From: Rebecca billardiae RCC1528 | Lineage: Eukaryota > Protista > Haptophyta | Length of the DNA: 64,000 bases | Direction of reading: 5' to 3' | NCBI GenBank assembly: GCA_965240325.2 | Contig: OZ251242.1 | Coordinates: forward strand, 1,116,001-1,180,000 | Shown: positions 41,649-51,610 of the stretch, in pieces | How positions within the stretch are numbered: position 1 is the stretch's first letter | How the letters are laid out: each line of letters starts with the position of its first letter | The notes under the pieces: generated by a model | Told to the model about the DNA's origin: nothing | What the model saw: the letters and a program-made list of their open reading frames with translations, nothing else | Database searches by the model: none | Program-made: the position numbers and the translations under genes

Positions 41649-42131
41649 ATGGAGCCTCCGCTCATGAAGCGCTCGCGGCGGGCGGACGATAGCACCGCCG
41701 GCGCGTCGCCCGTGTTCGCGGTGTTCGGCGCGTCGTGCGCGCTGTGCGGCGATCGCATCGGTGAGCAGCCGTGGGCGCAGCTCGCGTGCGACGACGAGCA
41801 CGTCGTGCACAACGTGTGCCTCTTCCAGCGCGCGCTCGCGTCCGAGCGTTGCCCCGTGCGGTGCGGCCAGCCCGGGTGCAAGCGCGTGACGAAGGCGGCG
41901 TCGGCGAGGACGCAGTACGACGGCATCCACGCGCTCAAGGCATCGCATCACGTCGCCGTCGCGGCGTGCACAGGCGGCGCTTCGCACGAGGAGGTGACGG
42001 CCGTGCAGCGCGATCCGCCGTGCCACGACGCTGCCACCGTCACGCTTTGCGACCTGCCGACGGACGTGATCTCGGCGCGCCGCAATCGCTGGCCACTGTC
42101 AGAGCCGAGTTGCGACGAACGCGCCCACTGA
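41649..42131 (+). pseudogene. Array copy 6, truncated (RING only; breaks inside the F-box at about 42074)
   Basis: Homology to the other copies stops after LPTDVIS; the ORF ends shortly afterwards in unrelated sequence. Confidence 0.85.
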
Positions 42132-42262
42132 TCGGTCCCTCGTCGCCAGTCGGTCTGCGCGGTCACCAGATGGGCAAATTACGTGAAAGTAAAGAAAAGT
42201 GTACCGTCGCCAGGCGGGCGGCGTGGCGACGAGCCCGTGCGTGTGCCGAGGAGCGGCGCCAC

Positions 42263-42937
42263 CTACCCTGCCTTGCCCTCGCCACCGGTCGTGTCTCCTC
42301 CGGAGTCCTCCATGCCCGTCGCAGCCATGCGCCGAGCGCGCTCCTCCCGCTTCCTCTCCGCCTCCGCCGCGCGCGCGGCCGCGGCGCGCTCCTCGACGAT
42401 GGCCTCCTCGGCGGCGGCGACCTTCGCCTCGAAGTCGTCGATGGGCGGCGTCTCGGTCGGCATGAGATCGTCGTACGGGAACTCGTAGTCGTACCACGGC
42501 AGCTCGTCGTCCGGGGTGTCCGCCTCTGCGCGTAGTCGTCCCTCCGGCAGCGCAGCGACTGCTGCGTCCTGCAGCCGGATCAGCTCGCCGAGGCGCTTGT
42601 TGCGCGCGCGGGAGAGCTGCAGCATGCGCCGCGAGTACTCCTTCGAGTGTGCCTGCATCTCCGCGAGCTCCTCCGCCGTCCGCTTCGGCTTTTGTTGCTT
42701 GCCGTCCCCGTACATGACGTAGTGGTGCATCTCGGCGCGCTCCTGCTGCTCCTTGCTCAGCACGACCTGCTCCTGCACCGAGCCCTTGCCGCCCTTGGCG
42801 CCCTTCCCGCCCTTGGGGTTCAGCTTCCCCTTCGTCTGCTGCCGCGTCCGCACCACCTGCTTCGCCAGCCCGCGCGCGCCCACGGGCAGCCGGAGCGCGC
42901 GCGTCGCCATCATCACGCCGCGAACGGCGCACTCCAT
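42263..42937 (-). CDS. Mitochondrial ribosomal protein mL40-like
   Basis: Basic targeting-like N-terminus; KEYSRRM...LQDAAVAALPEGRLRAEADTPD...FP...MPTETPP pattern recalls the mL40 family. The start could be a slightly downstream Met (MMATRAL). Confidence 0.72.
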   Translation of the reverse strand: MECAVRGVMMATRALRLPVGARGLAKQVVRTRQQTKGKLNPKGGKGAKGGKGSVQEQVVLSKEQQERAEMHHYVMYGDGKQQKPKRTAEELAEMQAHSKEYSRRMLQLSRARNKRLGELIRLQDAAVAALPEGRLRAEADTPDDELPWYDYEFPYDDLMPTETPPIDDFEAKVAAAEEAIVEERAAAARAAEAERKREERARRMAATGMEDSGGDTTGGEGKAG

Positions 42938-43545
42938 CGTCCCGCGCTTCGTCCTCGCTCCTCGTGCACCGCACCGGACTGCGTGGGCGGAGCCCTCATC
43001 CGGACTACTGTACGCCTCAAGATTTCGCTTTCACGACTCGCGGGGTGGCGAGCGCGGAGCGGCCTTACGCGCTACTCGCGACGGCGCTCGTCAGGCTTGC
43101 ACTGCTAGACGGATGCTGCGCTGACCATCTGCGCCCGCCGCTTGAGCAACTCCTCACACTCGGCCGATGTGCGCCCTCTGAGGCGCTCGCGCGCCCGGGG
43201 CCGTCGTCCGGCCCGCGGGCCGCGGCGCCGCGGCCGACGGGCCGACGCTGCCGGCGCTGTGTGCTGCGCTCAGACCGGGCACTGAGGGCAGCGCGTCATC
43301 CTCGAGGCCAGTGAATCCGCCAGTGCATGCGCGCGCGCCGGGTCCACGGATGTGGCCCTTCCAAGGGCGTGCTGCAACATCATAGCCTGGCTGCCAAGCC
43401 GCGGCGGCAGCCATCGTCCCGGCGAGAGATCGATCTCGTGATCTCGCTGCAGCCGAGGCACTCCGCCCGGGCCCGGCGTGAGCGACGCGTGACCAAGGGC
43501 CGTGGCGTGACGCTCCGCGCGCGCTTCATCGTCCAGCTTCGAAAG

Positions 43546-46500
43546 ATGGCGAGTGGCGCGCGGGCCTTCCGTCCAGCGCGCGCCCAGGCACTCGCCGCGG
43601 CGGCGCTGCTGCTCGGCGCGTGCGGCGTGGCGCGCGCCGCGCATGCGCGCGCGCCGGCCACCGCGCGGCGCTCGGCGCTGCGCATGGTCGCGCCCACATC
43701 CAAGCCGCAGGCCGCGCCCGTGCACTCGCGCTGGGGTGACCCGGCCGCGGTCGCGACCGACGCGCCGGGCGTGACGACGCCGACGGAGCGCGGCTCGACG
43801 GTGGACGCGCGGCGCATCGTGGACCAGAACGATGTGAGCGCGATGTGGCTCTCGCACATCCTCGTCGACACCGAGCCCGTCGCCCAGATGATTGTGCAGC
43901 GGCTGCGCGCCGGCGAGGCGGATTTTGCCGCGCTCGCGGCGAGCGCGTCGGCGTGCGAGGCGACGCGCGCGAAGGGCGGCGCGATCGGCTGGGTGTCGCG
44001 CGACGAGCTCGAGCCGCACGTCGACGAGCTCCTGCCGCCCGACGCGCAGGCGCTCGCCTTCACGCTCAAGCCGGGCGACCTCTTCGTCGCGCCCGGGCCG
44101 CGCGGCTCTCACGTGGTTCGGATCGACGACGTGATGATGCAGCTGCGCACGAGCGTCGTGGGGCGGCGCCGGCTGGGCGGCGCGGGCGAGGACCTCACGC
44201 GGCTCGTCGACGCGTGGCGCGAGCGCGCCTCCGGCGCCGCGCCCGCCAGCCCCGCCGGCGTCGCCGCCCCCGCAGGCCTCACGTACGAGATGGTGACGAT
44301 GGGCTGCCAGGTGCGCAGGGAGAGGGGGTAGGGGTGGGGGTAGGGGTAAGGGTAGGGGTATGACGATGGGCTGCCAGGTGCGCGGAGAGGGAGAGGGGGC
44401 GGGCGCGCGCGCGGAGGAGGGGCGGGGGCGTTGGGGTTCGGAGAGGGCGCACCCGCGTTGGGTGTGGGTGCGCGTGCGCGCCAGTGGCGGTGGTAAGCTG
44501 CATGGGTGCACAAGCGCACACACGCACAAGCGCGCACACGCACCGTGCCGTGGCGTCGGGCTCCCTGCGCGTAACCTCACCCGCGCGCACCCGCTCGCCC
44601 CCATCGGCACCGTGGCACCGTGCTGCCGCGTGCCGTGTGCCGCCACCGCCACACCCGGCCACCGCGCGGCGACACGCCGGCCGCCACGCCGCCCCCCTCA
44701 GATGAACGTCGCGGACTCGGAGCGGATGGCAGGCTCCCTGGAGGCCCTCGGCTTCAGGCCGCTCGACGGCGGCGGCGCGGAGCCGCCCTCCGCCCCCTCC
44801 GGCCGCGCCGACCTGGTGGTGGTCAACACGTGCTCCATCCGGGACCACGCCGAGCAGAAGGTGTACTCCACACTCGGTGTGCGCTCTGCGCGCGGCTTTG
44901 CTGGGTGTTGTGTGGCCGGCGCGCGGCTGTGCTGCGGCTGCGCGGTGCGCTGCGCGGCCGGGGGCGGGCGGGCGGCGCGCGCGGCCGTGGGGCGTGTCAG
45001 CTGTGGGCATGGGGGTGGTCGGGGGTGGGCCGTCGACTGCACACTCGGGGCGGCGTGCCCCTGTGCGGCGCGTGCCATGCGAGGGGGCAGCTGGGGCCTC
45101 CAACGCGGGCGAGGGCGGCACACCGGCCGAGCGGCCGCGCCAGCGCCGCGGTGGCGCGGCCGCGCTGGCGCCGCGCAGCGCCGCCCTCTTGGACGGGCGG
45201 CGCTCGGAGGCGCCCGCCCGCCGCACCCTGCACGCTCACCCCCGCGCCCGTGCCCCGTCCGCGCCGTCCGCGCCGCGCGCGCCGGCCGTCGGCGCAGGCC
45301 CGTACGCGATCCGCAAGCGCGCGGGCGAGCCCGTCGCGATCGTGGTCGCGGGCTGCGTCGCGCAGCAGGAGGGGGCGCGGCTGCTGCGGCGCGTGCCGGA
45401 GGTGGATGTGGTGATGGGGCCTCAGTACTCCAACCGGCTGGGCGACCTGCTCGAGGACGCGCTCAACGGCAACCAGGTGGTGGCGACGGAGCCCACGTTC
45501 ATCATGGAGGACGTCACCAAGCCGCGCCGCGCCTCGCAGGTGTGCGCGTGGGTCAACATCATCTACGGCTGCAACGAGCGGTGCGCGCGGCGCGCCGTCC
45601 CGTGCGCGCACCGCGTCGCGCCGCGCGCGCGCGTGGGCGCGCGCGCGCGCGCGCGGTGTCTCGCTCCACGCGCGCGCGTGGAGCGCGGGCGGTGGCGCTG
45701 GCATGGAGCAGCGCTGGTTGGACCGACGCGCCGCGGCGCAGTCACACGCCGGCGGGCCTGCCCACGCCGCCCGCCGGCGTCCGGCCGCGCCTGCCACGCG
45801 AGCGCTCACCCACCCACCAATGCGCGCGCGCGCGCGCGCCCGCCCGCCCGCCCGCCCGGCCCCGGCGCGCGCGCGCACGCACGCAGCTGCACCTACTGCG
45901 TGGTGCCGGGCACGCGCGGCGTGGAGCAGTCGCGCCCGCCCGACGCTATCCGCGCGGAGATGGCCGCGCTGGGCGCGCAGGGCTACAAGGAGGTCACGCT
46001 GCTCGGGCAGAACATCGACGCCTACGGCCGGGACATGAGCCCCAAGCGCAGGTTTGCAGACCTGCTTGCACACGTGGCGGAGGTGCCGGGCATCGAGCGC
46101 GTGCGCTTCGTCACGTCGCACCCGCGGTACATGTCGGACTCGGTGGTGAGCGCGGTCGCGGCGCACGCCAAGCTGATGCCCGTCTTCCACATCCCCGCGC
46201 AGTCGGGCTCGGACGAGGTGCTCAAGCGCATGGGCCGCGGGTACACGGCTGAGCGCTATCTCCAGATTGTGGATCGGATTCGGGAGAAGCTTCCGGGTGA
46301 GGATTCGGGCGCGGCGCGGCGGCGGCGCGTTGGGCGGCGGCGACGCGCGCACCCCGCCCGCGCGAAAGGCCCACCATCCCGCCCGCGCTGCCCCCGTCCT
46401 CCTACTCCCCTGCCCGCCCGCCCGCCCGCCCGTGCTCGGCCAGACGCTGCGATCACTTCAGACTTTATCGTCGGCACGCCCGGTGAGACAGCCGAGGAGT

Positions 46501-47154
46501 TCGAGGCGACGCTGCAGCTGATGGAGAAGTGCAAGGTGCGCGGAGGGACGGGCGGGAGGGCGGGAGGAGCACACGCACGCACACACACTCACACACCGCG
46601 AACGCGCGAGGGGCGGCTGACGCGCGCGCCCCGCGTGCGCGTGCGCACCGCCCACAGTTCGACGCGGCGATGACGGCCGCCTACTCGCCGCGGCCCAACA
46701 CGCCGATGGCCACCTGGCCGGACCAGCTGCCGGACTCGGTGAAGGACGAGAGGCTGCAGATCATCAACAGGCTGGTGGGCGAGCACGCGCTCGAGCGCTC
46801 GCAGCGGTGCGCGCCGCGGCGCGCGCGCCCGAGCGCGCCCCCCTCTGTCCTGCCCGCTCTGCGCCTTCGCCTCCGCGCCGCGCGCCGCTGACGTTGCGCC
46901 ACGCACGCGCCGACTGGGCGCGGTGCGCATCGGATGGCTTGGCGCGCGGTGCTGCGCGCAGCTTCCTCGGCCGCGTGGAGGAGGTGCTCGTCGAGGAGCG
47001 CAACGTGAAGCGGCCGACGCAGCTGGTCGGGCGCACGCAGACCAACCGGCTCGTCTTCTTCGACGGCGAGATCGACGAGCTGCGCGGCCGGCTCGTGCGC
47101 GTGCGCATCACGGAGGCGCGCAAGTTCTCGCTGAGCGGCGAGCTCGTGCGCTGA
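43546..47154 (+). CDS. miaB: MiaB-like tRNA methylthiotransferase with an N-terminal parvulin (PpiC) domain; exons 43546-44310, 44702-44876, 45298-45580, 45887-46296, 46444-46535, 46658-46806, 46962-47154
   Basis: TMGCQ|[27 protein letters not shown], radical-SAM GCNER|[40 protein letters not shown] and a C-terminal TRAM domain. Six GT-AG introns splice in frame. Confidence 0.93.
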
Positions 47155-47872
47155 GCGCGGTGTGCTCGGTCGTCGCGGGGCCGATGCCACACGCAGCAGG
47201 GCGCACCGAGCCGCGCGCCGCACGCATCACGAAGGCTCTCGCGCCGCGGGGCGCGCGCAAGCGCGTAAAGCGCTGAAGCTGACTGTCGGCGAGGGCAGCC
47301 GCCCTGCGTCGCGCTTGCACGCACGCACGGAGCAGCGACCGGCGCTGGCGCGCGACAGGCGCGCAAGGTGGAAACGGGGGCAGCAACGGCACTTGGCGAA
47401 CGATGGCAGTCCGTGGCCATCGGCCGCCGTCTGCTCTGTCGGCATCAAGATGAGATGAGAAACGCATCGGACCGCATGGCGTATTGCGCGGGTATCCGTC
47501 GGGGCGTGGTACTCTCCTACTCTTGATAACCAAATGTGCGTCCGTGCGTCCGTGCCGGTGGGCGGGCAATCGTCAAATTGATGACTCGATTTCGATTCCT
47601 ACGACGGTATCCACATGATACAGTGTACGGCGGCGGGATCTACTCACTCAGCACGGATTCATCATTCATCCAATATTCATCGCGAGGCATTATCGGCCAT
47701 GACATTCTGTATCGAAATTTCGTGCTGTATTACCCGTAGCCTCGAGCGCATACGAACGGAGGAGGAATCTTGCGGAAAATCGTCGCTCAAGCGCCCACAA
47801 GCCAGGTCTTGGACGTCGCCGCGAGGTTAGAACCGGCGAGGTCCTACGCCACAAGGCGGACCGCCACAGGCG

Positions 47873-48280
47873 ATGGCGCAGGCATTCTCCGGCGCGAACA
47901 TGGACCCCGAGCTTGCCGCACTCATGGGCTTGACTGCGAACCCGTCGGTATCCGCTGCCGCGGCGAACACCACGTGGAAGGCGCCGAAGCGCACCGGCCT
48001 GGAGCACTCAAAGGCGGTCGGCGAGGGCGGCGGCTTCGAGAACGACTCGTCGGAGGACGAGAGCGACGACGACGACGCCGACATGGCAATGGCACGTGAC
48101 GCGCCCGTCACGACCGCGCCACCCAAGAAGGCGATCTTGACTGGCGCCTTCTCCTCGCGACAAGTGTACGTGGGCGAGGACCTGCGCGCGTACACGCAGG
48201 AGCTCGGCGTGGTCGAGGCCGAGGCAGGGGCGGGCAAGGCGATGTACGTGCCGCCAGAGGCGCCTGGCCTGGACGATTAG
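47873..48280 (+). CDS. Hypothetical acidic protein (135 aa)
   Basis: ATG-initiated ORF with GC3-rich codons and protein-like composition; no recognised domain. Confidence 0.55.
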   Translation: MAQAFSGANMDPELAALMGLTANPSVSAAAANTTWKAPKRTGLEHSKAVGEGGGFENDSSEDESDDDDADMAMARDAPVTTAPPKKAILTGAFSSRQVYVGEDLRAYTQELGVVEAEAGAGKAMYVPPEAPGLDD

Positions 48281-48732
48281 TTCGTATCTACGCGCGCGAG
48301 CCGTGAGCACCCTGCCAGCTGCCTGCCCCAGCTGTCAGCACTGCCCGCAGCTGCCGGTCCGCGGAGCCGGCTGCCATGTGCAGCAGTCCCGCATGCACTG
48401 AGTGACTGATGCAGGCCCCTGTCAACAGTCAAGTTGAAAGTGGCGGCACTCTCACTCTCAGGCCCGAATCTGCTGCTACAGCGATCTGACTCTGACGATC
48501 TGCTCTCAGGCCAGATCTGCTGCTGGCTCCGGCTTCGGTCCGCACCAGGCCGCCCCTAACTCCGCGGTCCGGTCATTCTGTCAGACTCAGAGCGTTACAT
48601 CTTGACACTGCAATCGGCGGGATCGCCGCCTCTGATGATCTACGATAGCTCCGCGTCCTAGACCACCCCAGGTGGTCCCTTGGACGACATTACGGCCAGA
48701 TGGATCATCAGCCACACCTCCAATTATTTAGA

Positions 48733-48896
48733 CCAATAGGTTCAGACTCTATTTTCCGAGTATAACTATAAAATAGGCCCAGTCCGGGTACAATTTTTGC
48801 ATATGTATACAGGTGTCCGGAACGCTCCCGGATTGTGCTGAAATCTGAGTAAGGGACGGGTAATTACATAGTAAAAATAGAGTCTGAACCTATTGG
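48733..48896. mobile_element. Miniature inverted-repeat element (164 bp)
   Basis: Perfect 23-bp IR CCAATAGGTTCAGACTCTATTTT / AAAATAGAGTCTGAACCTATTGG; GA on both flanks. Confidence 0.65.
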
Positions 48897-49414
48897 GAGG
48901 TGGTCGGATGCGACATTTCTCGTTGAAGTCATCAATCGCCTCGGGCGGTCGGAAGGGACTCTGCTGCACATGGTCCGCTTGGTTGACTTCGGCTCGGGGC
49001 CAAGACGTAACGGAGCTGGGGGGGGTGGACCGGAGCCGGAGCCTGCTACGGCTTGCTGACTCCGTGGGCGCGGAGTACCCGCGGGCCGGGCACCGGGTCG
49101 GCGGACCGGTCAGGGCCCGCGTCCGCGGCCGTCAAGATTCTCGCGGGCCGGTGAGGCCCTAGCTCGGCCGGGCCTCGGAATGCCATGCCACGACGACGAA
49201 GTTAAATATTATTTAATAATATATATATAGGCGCGGACGCATTCTATGTGTCTGAGTTTGCACTCTGAGCCTGACGCTTGACCCGTTGCTGCCACGTCGT
49301 TTTAAAAGAAATATATATATAACGACATAATAAATTATAAATAAGTTTAATGATAATTTATTATTATTTGTCTTTGTCAGAACTGATTGATGATGGCATG
49401 ATATAGTATATACG

Positions 49415-49764
49415 AATTCTATGATTTTTAAAAGACACAGGCACGAGGGCGCAGCTCTCCTGATTCGTCTGTCGAAGTACTGAGTGGAGACCCGGAGAGT
49501 CGGTACGTGAGCGCGTTGGCCGCGGTAGTCGTCGCCGATGCTGAGTCACATACTATATGAAATAATTTAGTATAATATGTGTGTATTTATTGCTATAATC
49601 ATAGGCACTACCGTATTGAATGACATCAACCCTGGCGACCAACCGTCAACATGCTCACACCATCACTGGCATCACAGCATCACTGCCTCAAGCTTCGACC
49701 AGTACCACGACAAACGAATCAGGAGAGCTGCGCCCTCGTGCCTGTATCTTTAAATCATAGAATT
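49415..49764. mobile_element. Putative MITE (350 bp) with ~65-bp TIRs; solo arms at 36-91 and 22091-22144
   Basis: AATTCTATGATTT..AAAGACACAGGCACGAGGGCGCAGCTCTCCTGATTCGT is inverted at 49415-49482 and 49700-49764; the same motif is dispersed twice more in the window. Confidence 0.75.
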
Positions 49765-51610
49765 AGTCCGCCACCCATTCCAGGTCAGTGGGTCCGACCC
49801 GCTGGGCAACGCGGCCAGCCGGTCCACGCCTGGCCTGGGCAGTCTGCCAGGGCATCCGAGACGGCCCTGGAAATTTGTCCGGCTACAGTGTCAGGTGAGC
49901 ACTGGTGTCAGCACTCTCTATCCGACCAGCGGAAGAAGAGACCTAGTGGCAGTGGCAGCGGGGCAAGCGCGGGCCGCGGCGCGACGAGCAGGGTCGACGG
50001 AATCGTTGTCCTCTGAGCCGTCGCTCCTCGACACGGGTCACGGCGCGCGCCGTCAAGTGAACCGCCGGGAGCGCAAGGCGGCCGCGCCTGGCACTCGCCT
50101 CTGCACCTTGCTCTAGCCCCTGCTGCTGCTGCCCCCAGGCAGACTGACACTCCCGCCCTTCGAGCGGTGGCTTGGGACTCGACAAGGAGGATCCGCTGCC
50201 AGGGGCGACGCGTTCCCAGCCAGCTGCAGCAGAGCTGAGGGCACAGCGCATGCGTCGCCGTCAGCCAGCTAACTGTGCAGAGCGGCACGCGCGCACCGGC
50301 GGCCGAACACGGCACACGGGGACAGCTTGACCTAGTCTGGGATCAAGCGACACGGGAATTAGAGCACACCAGCCACTCCTGTCTCCTGGCAGTGTGCTCG
50401 TGCATGTGTCAGTTCATCCCCGGATCGGCACCGCGCGTGTGCGTGCTCTCGACTCTCGTCCACGACCGGGCACGGCCGCGCTCGCACCGGCGGCAGCGCG
50501 CGCGTGCGCGCCAGCCTCAGGCGCGGAGGAGGTGATGAGGGCGGGACCGCGGGAATGCGCGCGGCGCAGAGTGGAGTGCAACACGCCCTTTGGAGTATGG
50601 ATACGTAACGCCTGCTCTAGGGGGGGGGGGGTAGTTTTGGGGTGCCCTCAACTGCCAAAACCACCCCTCGCGGAGAGGCTTCAGGACGGACGCAAGATGG
50701 GCACCCCTCGCCCTCGCCGTCGAGGACAAGCCGGAGGACGCCCGTGTCGGTAAGGCACCCGCTGGGGCCGGGTCGCCGCGGCCGCACATGCTCGCGCAAG
50801 GCGCGTTTGAAAATGACCCCAAACGACCCCGCCCCAAAACTAACCCGGGAGGCGCGTGCGCACGTGCGGCGCGGGCTTCTGGGGCAGCATTGCTCGGCGA
50901 AGCGAGCCGCCTTGTCTTGCTGCCCAGGCTGGGGATCTCCCCGCACTCACTCCCGATGAGGCGGAAGCGACGCGCCGAAGCACTCGCGATGCCGCCGAGG
51001 CGGGCAGCGCCGTTGCCCAGCCTGGCGCCTTGTGGGACATGGCGAGCCGCTGGAGCGGCCATGCTCTCCCAGCTCGCGCGGCCACCCTGGCCAGCGGGCG
51101 GCGCCCGCCCAGTGGCACCCCAACTAACCCCACCCCAAAACTAACCCAACCCAATATTTACCCAACCCCCGGCCCCCATATGGGGGTAAGCACCCTATTC
51201 AGACTGTTGAGGACACACATGGATCTGAATCTGGAGACTGTGAAATCGTCCCAGACAGCATTTATACGAGGTGAATCCATCAAGAGATATCAAAGGTGTG
51301 ATGGAGGGTAGCTGGGAGCTCAGATGGCAGATCAGCTGCGAGCGCAGCGAGCAGCATAAAGGTGGGTGGCGACGACGAAAAATGATGAATAATGATAAAA
51401 TGTTTATTGGCGCTTGTTGACGACTCGTCATGCGTGCGCGCACGCCGTCTTACTTATTTCATCAGTTGGAAGTGCTGTCCACACAGGTCCGTGTCTGACG
51501 AGGTCACTGCTATATATTGTGTAGTAGTGCAGAAATCTCTGATATATTGCGAGAGTATGCCGTCAGCGCTGACATCAGGAGGTGTGTGTTATCAGTGTAC
51601 ACATTCACAT

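Larger units (their letters stand above)
30704..42074 (+). repeat. Tandem gene array, unit about 2.15-2.21 kb, 5 full units plus 1 partial
   Basis: Start codons at 30704, 32859, 35069, 37282, 39485 and 41649; near-identical CDS and spacers. Confidence 0.97.

Noticed and set aside
30704-42074. CRISPR array or diversity-generating retroelement as explanation for the array
   Set aside because: Units are 2.2-kb genes; no short repeat-spacer pattern, reverse transcriptase or adenine-specific template/variable pair was seen
44360-46673. 630-aa and 598-aa ORFs as separate genes
   Set aside because: Composites of MiaB exons and stop-free GC-rich introns
51100-51200. Interstitial telomere repeats
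   Set aside because: CTAACCC-like words occur but not as a tandem array
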